Assembly: GCA_052168235.1 (NCBI GenBank)
Contig: JBQLZK010000013.1
Location: forward strand, 63,073 to 127,072
Direction of reading: 5' to 3'
Length of the DNA stretch: 64,000 nucleotides
Origin: Thainema sp.
GTDB lineage: Bacteria > Cyanobacteriota > Cyanobacteriia > Phormidesmidales > Phormidesmidaceae
The stretch's first letter is position 1, and every line of letters starts with the position of its first letter. This document shows, piece by piece, positions 10,793 through 21,440 of this stretch. A program made the translations under genes and the position numbers. The notes below the pieces were generated by a model. It was given only the letters and a program-made list of their open reading frames with translations, had not been told where the DNA came from and searched no databases.

Positions 10793-11908
10793 ATGACCGT
10801 CAAAAATCTGATTTTTACCGTACCGCTAATTTTTATTCCCATCTCCATCGCGGCTCATTTTCTGGACTGGGGATCAACCGTTGTTTTCGTTACGGCTGCG
10901 ATCGCAATTATTCCCCTAGCAGGCTGGATGGGCACCGCAACTGAGGAAATCGCCGTTGTCGCTGGCCCTACTCTGGGCGGACTGCTCAATGCGACGTTTG
11001 GCAACGCGACGGAACTGATTATTGCGATCGTGGCGCTGAATGCTGGCCTGGTGAATGTGGTCAAAGCCAGCTTAACGGGTTCGATCATTGGCAACCTACT
11101 TCTGGTGATGGGTCTATCGATGCTGCTGGGCGGAATTCGCTTCAAGGAGCAGGATTTTCAGCCCGTTGTGGCCCGCCTGAATGCGTCGTCGATGAACTTG
11201 GCGGTAATTGCCATTCTCGTGCCTACCGCAGTCGATGTCACTTCTGAAGGGATTGACCAGCCGTTGATGCAGTATCTGTCAGTGGCGGTGGCGGTTGTTT
11301 TGATTGTGGTTTATGCCCTGACGCTGCTGTTCTCGATGAAAACTCACTCCTACCTTTGCGAAGTTGCAGAGGTGGAATTTGCCGAGGATACAGACGGTGT
11401 GAGTTCGGAAGCTGAGCATAGCGAGCATTCGGTCAACCTGCCGCTGTGGATTGGGGTGCTGCTGGTTGCGACGCTATTTGTCGCCGTGGAATCAGAGTTC
11501 CTTGTCAGCGAACTCGAAACGGCAACGGTGCAGTTAGGCCTGTCTGAACTGTTTACGGGTGTGATCCTGCTGCCGATTATCGGCAACGCGGCTGAACACG
11601 CCACGGCGGTGACCGTCGCCATTAAAAACAAGATGGATCTCTCAATGGCCGTTGCAGTGGGTTCTAGTCTGCAAATTGCCCTATTCGTTGCGCCCGTCCT
11701 GGTACTGGTCGGTTTTGTGATTGGTCAGCCGATGGATTTGGACTTCAATCCCTTTGAGCTGGTCGCTGTCGCTGTCGCTGTACTGATTGCCAACTCAATT
11801 AGCTCCGATGGTAAGTCCAACTGGCTGGAGGGAACGCTGCTGCTCGCGACCTATACCGTATTGGGCTTTGCCTTCTACTTCCATCCCGTAATCGAAGGAA
11901 TTGGTTAG
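10793..11908 (+). CDS. cax: Calcium/proton exchanger (CAX family)
   Basis: Alpha repeats GLLNATFGNATE and GNAAEH, a central acidic loop, and SNWLEG. Confidence 0.95.
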   Translation: MTVKNLIFTVPLIFIPISIAAHFLDWGSTVVFVTAAIAIIPLAGWMGTATEEIAVVAGPTLGGLLNATFGNATELIIAIVALNAGLVNVVKASLTGSIIGNLLLVMGLSMLLGGIRFKEQDFQPVVARLNASSMNLAVIAILVPTAVDVTSEGIDQPLMQYLSVAVAVVLIVVYALTLLFSMKTHSYLCEVAEVEFAEDTDGVSSEAEHSEHSVNLPLWIGVLLVATLFVAVESEFLVSELETATVQLGLSELFTGVILLPIIGNAAEHATAVTVAIKNKMDLSMAVAVGSSLQIALFVAPVLVLVGFVIGQPMDLDFNPFELVAVAVAVLIANSISSDGKSNWLEGTLLLATYTVLGFAFYFHPVIEGIG

Positions 11909-11912
11909 ATAT

Positions 11913-11940
11913 GTAGGGGCGAATGGCCATTCGCCCCTAC
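11913..11940. repeat. GTAG-type REP-like palindrome
   Basis: GTAGGGGCGAATGGCCATTCGCCCCTAC. Related copies at 13994, 17749 and 31307. Confidence 0.75.
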
Positions 11941-12071
11941 CCAGATCAACAAAATAAACAACGGTGTGCCAGATAAATATTTGGCTTCGGAACGTCTGGT
12001 CGAAGTGGCCCGTCTGGAAACATCGAGACTTGTGTATTGTTATCAGATAAGCATTCAGAGGAGCGTCCACC

Positions 12072-13970
12072 ATGAGCGGGGTTAAGGGGCTAAAATCTGG
12101 CCTCCAATTTGTTGCGATCGCACTAATCACCATTAGCACCGTCTTGCTATGCAGCGGGAAACCAACACCCGCCCAGTCGGTGCGATTCAGCGATCTGCAG
12201 GGCCATTGGGCGCAGCCCTGTATTGAAGATTTAGCCGCTCGTCGGGTGATCAACGGCTATCCAGACGGCACGGTGCGCCCCAACGGCTTGGTCACTCGGG
12301 CCGAGTTTGCCACAATGGTAGACGCGGCCTTTTCGCCCGATCCGCTGCGGAGCCCAATTCAATTTACCGATGTGCCATCGAATCACTGGGCATCTAGCGC
12401 GATTCGCAGCGCCTTTCAGTCCGACTTTATGAGCGGCTATCCCGGCAATCGGTTTGTGCCCAGCCAGAATATTCCCCGTGCCCAGGTACTAGTTGCGATC
12501 GCAAGTGGCCTCCAGGTTGCGCCCCAAGCCGTGGCCGAGAATGAGCTAGAAACCTGGTTCGACGATGCCTCACTGATCCCGGAATATGCTCGACCGGGTG
12601 TGACGGCAGCGTTAGAGAATAAGCTGATCGTCAACTATCCCAACGTGCGGCGGCTTGATCCCAATCGGCCAGCTACGCGGGCAGAAGTAGCAACGGCAAT
12701 TTGCCAAGCCTACAGCGCCGAAACGCAGGTGAGTCTGATTTCGGCCCAGTACATCGCTTCGGTGGATGGGACAGGCGGTACTGTCGTGAATAATCCTAAC
12801 CCCAATCCCGGTACTGGAGTGCCCGTTCAGCCCTCCACGCCGATTCTGCGACCGAATCCCCGGCCCAATTTGCCCAGTGAGGAAATTCGCGGCGTTTGGT
12901 TGACCAATGTGGATAGTGAGGTGCTGTTCAGTACTGAGCGGCTGAAAACTGCGATCGCAGAACTGGCCGACATGAACTTCAACACCATTTACCCAACGGT
13001 GTGGAACTGGGGCTACACGCTCTATCCCAGCGAAATCGCCGAGCAGGTATTTGGTTGGCGGGTTGATCCCGAACCGGGACTGCAAGACCGCGACATGCTG
13101 GCTGAGGCCGTCGAAGAAGGTCATCGGCACAACATGAAAGTCTTGCCCTGGTTTGAATTCGGCTTCATGGCTCCCTCTTACTCGGATTTAGCCAAAGAGC
13201 GCCCCGAATGGCTGACTCAGAGACTAGACGGTAGCCAAATTTATATGCAAGGCGAACACCCCCGCGTCTGGCTGAATCCCTTCCATCCGGAGGTGCAGGA
13301 GTTCATCATCAGCATGGTGACGGAAATCGTCGCCAACTACGACATCGACGGTATCCAGTTTGATGACCACTTTGGCCTGCCCTATGAGTTTGGCTACGAC
13401 CCATACACCGTCAAGCTCTACAAGCAGGAGCACAAAGGCCAAGCACCACCCGCCGATCCCCAAGATCCCGAATGGATCCGCTGGCGAGCCGACCGGATCA
13501 GCCGCGACTTTGCCCGCATGTTCCGCGCGATTAAGAACACGAAAGAGGACTGCATCGTCGCCCTATCACCCAATCCTCAGCCCTTCGCGATTGAAAACTT
13601 CCTGCAGGACTGGATCACCTGGGAGCGGGAAGGCTGGCTGGAAGAGCTGATCCTCCAGGTCTATCGCCCTGATATGGAACGGTTCATCATGGAGCTGAAT
13701 CGTCCGACGATCCAAGCCGTGCGTCGCCATATCCCGGTCGGTATTGGTATTATGACTGGGTTGAAAAACTATCCCGTACCAATGGAACTGATTTGGCAGC
13801 AGGTGCAAGCGGCTCGTCAGGCTGGCTATCGCGGCGTATCATTCTTCTTCTACGAAACGCTGTGGACGGGTAATGAGGGACGCGACACGCGCAAGCGACT
13901 GTTCCAATCTCTATTTGCCACACCTGCCAAGCATCCAAATTTGAATGATGGCTGGACGATCCCGTTTTAG
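12072..13970 (+). CDS. S-layer homology (3x SLH) plus GHL10 (family-10-like glycosyl hydrolase) protein
   Basis: SLH motifs FSDLQGHWA, GYPDGT..TRAEFA and FTDVPSNHWA; GHL10 motifs EIRGVWLTN, WFEFGF and YDIDGIQFDDHF. Confidence 0.9.
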   Translation: MSGVKGLKSGLQFVAIALITISTVLLCSGKPTPAQSVRFSDLQGHWAQPCIEDLAARRVINGYPDGTVRPNGLVTRAEFATMVDAAFSPDPLRSPIQFTDVPSNHWASSAIRSAFQSDFMSGYPGNRFVPSQNIPRAQVLVAIASGLQVAPQAVAENELETWFDDASLIPEYARPGVTAALENKLIVNYPNVRRLDPNRPATRAEVATAICQAYSAETQVSLISAQYIASVDGTGGTVVNNPNPNPGTGVPVQPSTPILRPNPRPNLPSEEIRGVWLTNVDSEVLFSTERLKTAIAELADMNFNTIYPTVWNWGYTLYPSEIAEQVFGWRVDPEPGLQDRDMLAEAVEEGHRHNMKVLPWFEFGFMAPSYSDLAKERPEWLTQRLDGSQIYMQGEHPRVWLNPFHPEVQEFIISMVTEIVANYDIDGIQFDDHFGLPYEFGYDPYTVKLYKQEHKGQAPPADPQDPEWIRWRADRISRDFARMFRAIKNTKEDCIVALSPNPQPFAIENFLQDWITWEREGWLEELILQVYRPDMERFIMELNRPTIQAVRRHIPVGIGIMTGLKNYPVPMELIWQQVQAARQAGYRGVSFFFYETLWTGNEGRDTRKRLFQSLFATPAKHPNLNDGWTIPF

Positions 13971-13993
13971 GAAGTGACACAAGAGGGATAAAT

Positions 13994-14023
13994 CGTCAGG
14001 GCGAATGGCTATTCGCCCTGACG
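13994..14023. repeat. REP-like palindrome (variant)
   Basis: CGTCAGGGCGAAT-GGCT-ATTCGCCCTGACG, the same core as 11913. Confidence 0.65.
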
Positions 14024-14034
14024 CAAGGTTATAC

Positions 14035-14064
14035 GAAAAGGCAGCGTAGTGACGCTGCCTTTTC
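14035..14064 (+). terminator. Intrinsic terminator downstream of the GHL10 gene
   Basis: GAAAAGGCAGCGT-AGTG-ACGCTGCCTTTTC. Confidence 0.6.
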
Positions 14065-14236
14065 TTGTTTAAAAACCCAAAATCGCGATCTCACCTTTCA
14101 ATCCAGACATAAAATTCGGGCATGATAGAAGCAGCGATCCCGTTGACTAACATGCTGTTACTGATACTGAATCGGGCAATGGCGAATTAGTATAGTCGCG
14201 TATGATTGCAGTGTTGCGCTGGATGAAAGCCATTTT

Positions 14237-14683
14237 ATGAGCCGCATTAAACTCGTGAGTGTGATTACCTTAGTTGCCGTGCTGAGTGGTGGCGCTGCAA
14301 TTTTTAGCCAAGGATTTGCGAAATCGGGCCAGTTCTCGGCGGGTAAACGCTATTCACTGGAAACTGCGATCGCATCCTTTGAAGTGAATCTCGACAGCTT
14401 GGAGGAGGCCGGATTCATGCAGTGGACACCGTCTAGCGCTTCGATGGAAATGGTGGACGTGATGAATGCAACTCAGATTCTTTTGCCGGAAGAGGAAGCC
14501 GAATTTCGCCAAGCAGGTAAGCCCATCCCCGACCCCATTCCCTATGTCTTGGAAAAGCCCACCAACCCCTGGCAAATCGTCGTGATCCCCGATGACACCG
14601 CCCAAAAAATTCGCATAGAAGGCTACGGCGTAGATCTCACTCAACCCCTGATCACCAAAGAATGGCCCTGCTGCTCGTTCTAA
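14237..14683 (+). CDS. Hypothetical exported protein
   Basis: 148 aa with an N-terminal signal-like hydrophobic stretch; no recognised motif. Confidence 0.7.
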   Translation: MSRIKLVSVITLVAVLSGGAAIFSQGFAKSGQFSAGKRYSLETAIASFEVNLDSLEEAGFMQWTPSSASMEMVDVMNATQILLPEEEAEFRQAGKPIPDPIPYVLEKPTNPWQIVVIPDDTAQKIRIEGYGVDLTQPLITKEWPCCSF

Positions 14684-14700
14684 GGCAAATCACAGATTCA

Positions 14701-14753
14701 TTTTGTTTTTCGAGGGGGAAATCTTCGCGAGATTTCCCCCTCGAAAAACAAAA
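14701..14753. repeat. Perfect 24-bp-arm inverted repeat
   Basis: TTTTGTTTTTCGAGGGGGAAATCT-TCGCG-AGATTTCCCCCTCGAAAAACAAAA. Confidence 0.8.
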
Positions 14754-14805
14754 ATAATATGCCATTAGGATATAGGCGTTGTTTCGCATGTTTTAAGCAG
14801 GATTC

Positions 14806-15390
14806 ATGTTTATCGACTACATCACCCTCATGTTGATCAACATGGTGGCGGGGCTAGTGCTATTAGCGGACTTTGTCTATCACGGACTGGATGACGGAGC
14901 CAATCTCAAGCGCTGGATACCCGGATTTGGCATCGTTGGCGGCATTGCTCTCGCCACCGGACTGCACATGATTTGGACGTGGCCTGTGATCGGCAGCTTC
15001 AATATCTCCTTTGGCGAAACCACCGTCATGTTCGGCTTCTTATTTACGGCTGCCGCAGTTGCGATCGCGCTCAATTGGGATTTACTCACGATCGCGATTT
15101 ATGCGTTCTTTGCCGGATTGGCCTCTGTGCTGATCGGCATTCGCATCATCAACTTGGGGCAAACCAATCAGCCCGTTGTCGCGGGTCTTGGCTTTATCCT
15201 GACTGGACTCGGTGGCATCCTCTCCGCACCAACGCTGATCTATTTACGCAGCAGCAAAGGTTGGCGCACTTTGGGAGCAATTGTTCTGCTAGTCGCAGCC
15301 CTCATCTGGGCAATTATTGGCTACAGAGGCTACTGGGGACATTTGGAAAGCTTTAGCGATTGGCAACCCCCTGTCATGCGAGGAAACTAG
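14806..15390 (+). CDS. DUF981 family membrane protein
   Basis: MFIDYITLML start and TWP..GSFNISFGE motif, with about 6 TM helices. Confidence 0.8.
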   Translation: MFIDYITLMLINMVAGLVLLADFVYHGLDDGANLKRWIPGFGIVGGIALATGLHMIWTWPVIGSFNISFGETTVMFGFLFTAAAVAIALNWDLLTIAIYAFFAGLASVLIGIRIINLGQTNQPVVAGLGFILTGLGGILSAPTLIYLRSSKGWRTLGAIVLLVAALIWAIIGYRGYWGHLESFSDWQPPVMRGN

Positions 15391-15842
15391 CCATTGGTGG
15401 GTGTAGCCCACATAATCGAGTTACGACAGATAGTTCTAATGGTTCTAAATGCGTAGCACCATACAGGGGAATTTAGGCAAATCCTGACTTTGTTAAGGAA
15501 GTGTAATTCTGCTTTCTCTGGAATATAAACCGCAAACCCTTTGTCTTATGTGGGTTACACGATGAACAGCAGCTTTATATTTGCGCTCTCAGTTCACCTG
15601 ACACACGTTAGCATCAAGTTAATCTCGGTATAGGGCAGCCGAATTTGTATTGGTTGATGCATTATTAAAGCTAGGATAGTGATTCAGCTCATTGCCGTTT
15701 GTTGAGTTAGCGAGCATCTGCCAATCAGCAAATTTGTTTAATGTACGTCAACGGCATGGGCATGGATGATGAGCCAGAGTAAATCTGGTGATTTTCTGTA
15801 TTTGTAGTTTAATTTAGCGATTGATTGACGAGGTTCCCCGTG

Positions 15843-17678
15843 GTGCAAGTCCGTCAGCAAGTGTCGGTTCAGCGCGCATCTGGCGCGTATGCTTTGATTG
15901 ACAGCCTGAAGCGACATGGTGTCAAGCACATTTTTGGCTATCCAGGTGGCGCAATCCTGCCCATTTACGATGAGCTGTATAAGGCAGAAGCGGCTGGTGG
16001 TATTCAGCATATTTTGGTGCGGCACGAGCAAGGTGCATCCCATGCGGCGGATGGCTATGCTCGCGCTACTGGCGAGGTGGGGGTGTGTTTCGGCACCTCT
16101 GGCCCTGGTGCTACTAATTTAGTGACTGGAATCGCGACTGCTCAAATGGATTCCATTCCAATGGTGGTGATTACTGGACAGGTGCCCCTGCCCGCGATCG
16201 GTAGCGATGCCTTCCAGGAAACGGACATCTACGGCATTACGCTGCCGATTGTGAAACATTCCTATGTGGCTCGCGATCCACGGGATATTCCTCGAATTGT
16301 GGCAGAAGCGTTCCACATCGCTCAAACCGGACGCCCCGGCCCCGTTCTGATTGATGTTCCTAAAGACATTGGCTTAGCTGAGTTTGATTACGTTCCAGTT
16401 GAACCCGGCAGCATTCGCCTGACTGGCTATCGTCCGACGGTGAAGGGCAACCCACGTCAAATCATGCAGGCGATTAACTTGATTCGTCAGGCAGAATCGC
16501 CGCTGCTATACGTGGGCGGTGGTGCGATCGCAGCCAGCGCTCATGCCGAAGTGAAGCAGCTCGCCGAATATTTCCAAATTCCCGTCACTACAACCTTGAT
16601 GGGCAAGGGCGTATTTGACGAGAAGCATCCGCTTGCGGTTGGTATGTTGGGTATGCACGGTACGGCCTACGCCAACTTTGCAGTCAGTGAATGTGATTTG
16701 CTGATTGCGGTCGGTGCGCGGTTTGACGACCGCGTGACGGGTAAGCTGGATGAATTCGCGTCGCGCGCCAAAGTTATCCACATCGACATTGATCCCGCCG
16801 AAGTTGGCAAAAATCGTGCGCCGGATGTGCCCATCGTTGGCGATGTTCAGCACGTACTGAGTAATCTGCTAGCGCGCTTGGCAGAAGAAAATAATCCGGC
16901 CAACCCCAATCAAACGTTAGCCTGGCGTAACCGGATTAATCACTGGCGAGAAGACTATCCCCTCCAGGTACCTCGTCCTGAGGGAATTCTATCTCCCCAA
17001 GAGGTAATTGTGGCGCTGGCTGAGCAGGCTCCCCATGCCTACTACACCACTGATGTCGGCCAGCACCAAATGTGGTCCGCTCAGTTTCTCAAGAATGGGC
17101 CTCGCAAGTGGATCTCTAGCGCGGGTCTCGGCACGATGGGCTTTGGGATGCCAGCCGCTATGGGCGTTAAGGTGGCGCTACCGGATGAAGACGTAATTTG
17201 TATCAGCGGTGATGCCAGCTTCCAGATGTGCTTGCAAGAGCTAGGTACTCTGGCTCAGTACCACATTGCAGCCAAGACTGTAATCATTAACAACGGCTGG
17301 CAGGGCATGGTGCGCCAATGGCAGCAGTCCTTCTACGGCGAGCGCTACTCCTCGTCCAATATGGAAGTCGGGATGCCAGACTTTGTGAAACTCGCGGAAG
17401 CCTACGGTGTCAAAGGCATGATTGTGGAGCGGCGGGAAGATTTAATACCTGCGATCGCAGAAATGCTGGCTCACGATGGCCCAGTTCTAATGGATGTCCA
17501 CGTGAAGCGGGACGAAAACTGCTATCCAATGGTGGCCCCCGGTAAGAGCAATGCTCAGATGTTGGGTTTACCTAAGGCCGCGCGACTTGAGGCGAATGAG
17601 CCAGTTTATTGTCCAAGCTGCGATGCCAAGAATCTACCTACCCACAGCTTCTGCCCCGAATGCGGCACTAAGCTATAG
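15843..17678 (+). CDS. ilvB: Acetolactate synthase large subunit (biosynthetic), with C-terminal zinc ribbon
   Basis: [28 protein letters not shown] and the TPP motif GDASFQM...[12 protein letters not shown]. Start codon uncertain (15825-15843). Confidence 0.96.
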   Translation: MQVRQQVSVQRASGAYALIDSLKRHGVKHIFGYPGGAILPIYDELYKAEAAGGIQHILVRHEQGASHAADGYARATGEVGVCFGTSGPGATNLVTGIATAQMDSIPMVVITGQVPLPAIGSDAFQETDIYGITLPIVKHSYVARDPRDIPRIVAEAFHIAQTGRPGPVLIDVPKDIGLAEFDYVPVEPGSIRLTGYRPTVKGNPRQIMQAINLIRQAESPLLYVGGGAIAASAHAEVKQLAEYFQIPVTTTLMGKGVFDEKHPLAVGMLGMHGTAYANFAVSECDLLIAVGARFDDRVTGKLDEFASRAKVIHIDIDPAEVGKNRAPDVPIVGDVQHVLSNLLARLAEENNPANPNQTLAWRNRINHWREDYPLQVPRPEGILSPQEVIVALAEQAPHAYYTTDVGQHQMWSAQFLKNGPRKWISSAGLGTMGFGMPAAMGVKVALPDEDVICISGDASFQMCLQELGTLAQYHIAAKTVIINNGWQGMVRQWQQSFYGERYSSSNMEVGMPDFVKLAEAYGVKGMIVERREDLIPAIAEMLAHDGPVLMDVHVKRDENCYPMVAPGKSNAQMLGLPKAARLEANEPVYCPSCDAKNLPTHSFCPECGTKL

Positions 17679-17694
17679 CGGTTAGATTATTCAC

Positions 17695-17739
17695 AAACCA
17701 AACCAGCCAGATTGCTGAGCAATCTGGCTGGTTTGGTTT
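17695..17739. repeat. Perfect 22-bp-arm inverted repeat after ilvB
   Basis: AAACCAAACCAGCCAGATTGCT-G-AGCAATCTGGCTGGTTTGGTTT. Confidence 0.75.
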
Positions 17740-17748
17740 TGTCTTACC

Positions 17749-17776
17749 GTAGGGGCAAATGGCAATTTGCCCCTAC
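17749..17776. repeat. GTAG-type REP-like palindrome
   Basis: GTAGGGGCAAAT-GGCA-ATTTGCCCCTAC. Confidence 0.75.
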
Positions 17777-17823
17777 CAGGCGTCAATCAACTTATATCGA
17801 ATTCAACTAGAAAGAACCGAAAC

Positions 17824-17868
17824 TATTTTCTGTGAGAGTCAGGCTGCGCCTGACTCTCACAGAAAATA
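17824..17868. repeat. Perfect 21-bp-arm inverted repeat after dxs
   Basis: TATTTTCTGTGAGAGTCAGGC-TGC-GCCTGACTCTCACAGAAAATA. Confidence 0.75.
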
Positions 17869-17897
17869 AAAACTGGCTTTTATATGCGGTTTCCGTG

Positions 17898-19805
17898 TTA
17901 AACGCCAACGGCAGACGGTTCGCGCTTAAAGGACTTGAGAATGCGATCGGCCATTTGCGGTGGCGTCAAGCCCAAATCGCTCTTCGACTCGTTTGGCGTC
18001 GCGTGATCGACCAGCTTATCCGGTACACCCATGCGGGTAACGGGCACTAGCACCTCGTGATCCAGCAGCGTTTCCGCTAGGCCAGAGCCAAAGCCACCGA
18101 TAATGCAGCCTTCTTCCATCGTGACGACGCGACCAATCTGCTTGGCCAGCGATACCAATAGCTCGGTATCAATCGGCTTGGCAAAGCGAGCATTGACCAC
18201 CGTGGCCTCAATACCGTGTTCGCTGAGGATTTCCGCCGTTTGCATGGCGGGGTAAACCATTGTGCCGTAGCCAACCAGGAGAATATCGTCGCCTTGACGC
18301 AGAATTTCGCCTTTACCAATCGGTAGCGGTTCCCAACCTTCTTCCATCAGCGGCACACCCTGGCCGCTGCCACGCGGGTAGCGCACAGCGATTGGCCCAT
18401 CGGTGTAGTTGATGCCTGTGACTAGCATTCGCTGTAGTTCGGCTTCATCCTTGGGAGCCATCAGCACCATGTGGGGCAGACAGCGCAGATAGGCGATGTC
18501 GTACATGCCCTGGTGGGTAGGGCCATCGGCACCGACGATCCCAGCGCGGTCGAGACAGAAGAAGACCGGCAGCTTCTGAATACAGACATCATGCACAATC
18601 TGGTCGTAGCCCCGCTGCAAGAACGTGGAGTAAATCGCAGCCACCGGACGCATTCCTTCGCAAGCCAAACCCGCAGCCAGGGTAACGGCGTGCTGCTCGG
18701 CAATACCCACGTCAATATACTGATCCGGCAGCTTTTCTTGCAGCTTATTTAATCCCGTTCCGGTTGCCATTGCAGCGGTGATCCCGACGATTTTGGGATT
18801 GTTCTCAGCCAGGGTGATCAGGGTTTCCGCAAACACCTTGGCATACTTGGGCGGCGTGGGCTTAGTGGGCGGAATCGCTTTACCTGTAGATAAATTAAAC
18901 GGCGACTGAGCATGGTAGCCAACCTGATCCTTTTCTGCGATCGCATATCCCTTGCCCTTGGTGGTCGCCACGTGTACCAGGACGGGGCCAGTATGCTTGT
19001 GCCCTTCTTTGAAGGTGGTGATCAGTTCAGACAGGTTGTGACCATCCACTGGCCCCATATAGGTGAAGCCTAGTTCTTCAAATACGGCACCCACTTTGGA
19101 AACGGCCAGCCGCTTCATGCCCTCTTTGACGCGGTTCAGCTCAGGCGTGAGGGATTGACCGACAAAGGGCAAATGCTTAAACTGCTCTTCCAGGTTGTCA
19201 GTCAGGAACTGCATTGGTGGGCTGAGGCGCATTTTGTTGAGATAGCGGGAAATCGCACCCACGTTCGGGGAAATCGACATCTCGTTGTCGTTCAGCACCA
19301 CCATCAGGTTGGTGTTGGGCAAATGTCCGGCGTGGTTGATCGCCTCCAGCGCCATGCCGCCCGTTAATGCCCCGTCACCAATCACAGCGACGACTTTGAA
19401 GTCTTCGCCCTTCATATCGCGAGCCATCGCCATGCCCAGTGCCGCAGAGATACTGGTAGAGGCGTGCCCTGCACCAAAGTGGTCGAATTTGCTCTCAGAA
19501 CGCTTCAGATAGCCCGCTACGCCATCTTTCTGCCGGAGTGTATGAAATTGGCTGTAGCGGCCTGTGATTAACTTGTGGGGGTAAGCTTGATGTCCTACGT
19601 CCCAAAGGACTTTGTCTCGGTCTAAATCTAGGGTTTGATACAGGGCTAGGGTGAGTTCGACCACGCCTAGTCCTGGTCCCAGGTGGCCACCGCTGGTTGC
19701 CACCGTCTGTAAGTGTTTCTCTCGAATCTGACGCGCGATTTGTTCAAGCTGATGGATCGATAGACCATGCAACTGATTGGGATGGGTCAGTTCACTCAGG
19801 TGCAT
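17898..19805 (-). CDS. dxs: 1-deoxy-D-xylulose-5-phosphate synthase
   Basis: [38 protein letters not shown] and [15 protein letters not shown]. Confidence 0.98.
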   Translation of the reverse strand: MHLSELTHPNQLHGLSIHQLEQIARQIREKHLQTVATSGGHLGPGLGVVELTLALYQTLDLDRDKVLWDVGHQAYPHKLITGRYSQFHTLRQKDGVAGYLKRSESKFDHFGAGHASTSISAALGMAMARDMKGEDFKVVAVIGDGALTGGMALEAINHAGHLPNTNLMVVLNDNEMSISPNVGAISRYLNKMRLSPPMQFLTDNLEEQFKHLPFVGQSLTPELNRVKEGMKRLAVSKVGAVFEELGFTYMGPVDGHNLSELITTFKEGHKHTGPVLVHVATTKGKGYAIAEKDQVGYHAQSPFNLSTGKAIPPTKPTPPKYAKVFAETLITLAENNPKIVGITAAMATGTGLNKLQEKLPDQYIDVGIAEQHAVTLAAGLACEGMRPVAAIYSTFLQRGYDQIVHDVCIQKLPVFFCLDRAGIVGADGPTHQGMYDIAYLRCLPHMVLMAPKDEAELQRMLVTGINYTDGPIAVRYPRGSGQGVPLMEEGWEPLPIGKGEILRQGDDILLVGYGTMVYPAMQTAEILSEHGIEATVVNARFAKPIDTELLVSLAKQIGRVVTMEEGCIIGGFGSGLAETLLDHEVLVPVTRMGVPDKLVDHATPNESKSDLGLTPPQMADRILKSFKREPSAVGV

Positions 19806-20179
19806 AACTGGTGTTCCCTCTGGGTCAATCTATAAAGAATTTTGGAATACCTTATTCACTGTAGAGGATTCAGCGACTGTAAGCAGAGATTAGTAACCTT
19901 TTTCCGACGAAATCAGACCGAATATATTCCGTCAAATTAAGCCGAGTTCCCGCTACATCAGTCTGCCGACAGACTTGAATAAAGATTGATTTTTATGTCA
20001 AGGCTTCAACAAATCTTCGGATTTCTTTGGATATTTCGCCAAATGTCTAGACGGATAGCCATGATCGAAGCCGACCGCATCGGTTTTTGCCCGGATCTCG
20101 ACAGATTGCGGCTGATTGAGGGAGTTGGGTTTATAATGAGCTTCGATCTGAGATTTAGTTCATCACTACAGCTCTTCCT

Positions 20180-20755
20180 ATGCGGTTTAGAACTCGTCCG
20201 ATTGCGATCGCAGCTCTCCTAGTTGCCGGTTTGGTCTCTGCACCTCGTACAGCCCAAGCCTGGTGGTTTGATATTGACTGGGACGATGACGAATCCTATC
20301 GAGAATGTGCCGAGGCTTTACTGAAGTATGACGATCTAGACCCTACTGTGGCAGCCTCTGCCTGCGCCGGGGCCTTAGAACCAGAAGAAGTGAGTGAGTG
20401 CGTCACGCTGATTGAAGGCGATACCGAAATCGCCCCAGTGGATGCCCTCGCCTCATGCCGTCGCGTCCGCCGCCCAGGAGAAATGGCGGAGTGTGTGGTT
20501 AACATTGACAACGAACTGGCCTCAGAACCGCTAACCGTATTAGATAACTGTCGCCGCAGCTTACTGCCCGATCGCTATGCAGAATGCGTAATTGAAGTTG
20601 CAGATGCAGCCGATGTTTCTGTCGATGAAACCATGCCCGTTTGCATCAGCGCTGGCGATCGCCCCCGCGATTTAGCTCCCAGCTTCATTCCCCGCGTCGA
20701 ACTAGAGCGTCCCGATACCCCACTCCAGTTCGCACCCTTAATTCCACTGGAATAG
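20180..20755 (+). CDS. Exported cysteine-rich repeat protein of unknown function
   Basis: Signal peptide ending AQA and three to four helical repeats with 8 regularly spaced Cys. Confidence 0.75.
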   Translation: MRFRTRPIAIAALLVAGLVSAPRTAQAWWFDIDWDDDESYRECAEALLKYDDLDPTVAASACAGALEPEEVSECVTLIEGDTEIAPVDALASCRRVRRPGEMAECVVNIDNELASEPLTVLDNCRRSLLPDRYAECVIEVADAADVSVDETMPVCISAGDRPRDLAPSFIPRVELERPDTPLQFAPLIPLE

Positions 20756-20789
20756 TTGGAATTTGGTTTAAAGAGTTGTCCCGTTTTTC

Positions 20790-20884
20790 TATAGCTGTAG
20801 TCAGCTAGGTTAGGACACGGACATTTTTGTAGCGCGGCGGAGCCGCGCTACAAAAATGTCCTAACTAATATGACTACCGCTATA
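20790..20884. mobile_element. MITE-like element, family B, copy 2
   Basis: TATAGCTGTAGTCA...TGACTACCGCTATA termini, an inner TTAGGACA/TGTCCTAA pair, and the core hairpin ACATTTTTGTAGCGCGGC-GGA-GCCGCGCTACAAAAATGT. Confidence 0.75.
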
Positions 20885-20904
20885 CTCTGGGACTGACTGA
20901 AACA

Positions 20905-21354
20905 TTAAGCTCGTGAAACAAAGATGCCGCCGATGATGATTAGGATGGCTCCGGCGAGGAGCTGAAGCGGACGGACTTGTTGCCACTCTGCAAAAATGAG
21001 CAGTGCTAAGCCGACGGTGATTAGCGTGTTCATGTTGTAGAGCGGAACCAGCTTGGCCAGCGGTGCCTGAAACTTGAGGATGCCAAGCACAACGCAGCCC
21101 GTACCCAATCCCCAGAGCACACCCTGCATGGATGACGATGCGATCGCAACTCGGGATGGTGCTGATCCGGGCAACAGCACTTGCAGCACAACACCAGTAG
21201 CGCTGATGGCTAAACCAACCCAAAAGAGATGCCACCCGACCGGAATTCCTGCATTGGCACTCGACTTAGCAAAAATAGAGGACACCCCGTAGAAGATGGC
21301 TGGCAAAATGCCACCGATCAGCAACCCAAGTAAGTTAGAAGTCACGGATAGCAA
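20905..21354 (-). CDS. DMT/EamA-like small membrane transporter
   Basis: Five TM helices with PLYNMNTLITVGLALLIFAE and GAILIIIGG. Confidence 0.75.
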   Translation of the reverse strand: MLSVTSNLLGLLIGGILPAIFYGVSSIFAKSSANAGIPVGWHLFWVGLAISATGVVLQVLLPGSAPSRVAIASSSMQGVLWGLGTGCVVLGILKFQAPLAKLVPLYNMNTLITVGLALLIFAEWQQVRPLQLLAGAILIIIGGIFVSRA

Positions 21355-21440
21355 TTCACTCCTTTGATCGGTTGATTAGTGTGCAGGCAACTAGCGTGTG
21401 AGACACACGTCTTAGGATCAAGAACCAGTGCGCATTTTAG

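Noticed and set aside
17605..17678. CxxC...CxxC zinc ribbon on IlvB
   Set aside because: As far as I recall this is a common C-terminal extension of cyanobacterial IlvB, not specific to this locus.
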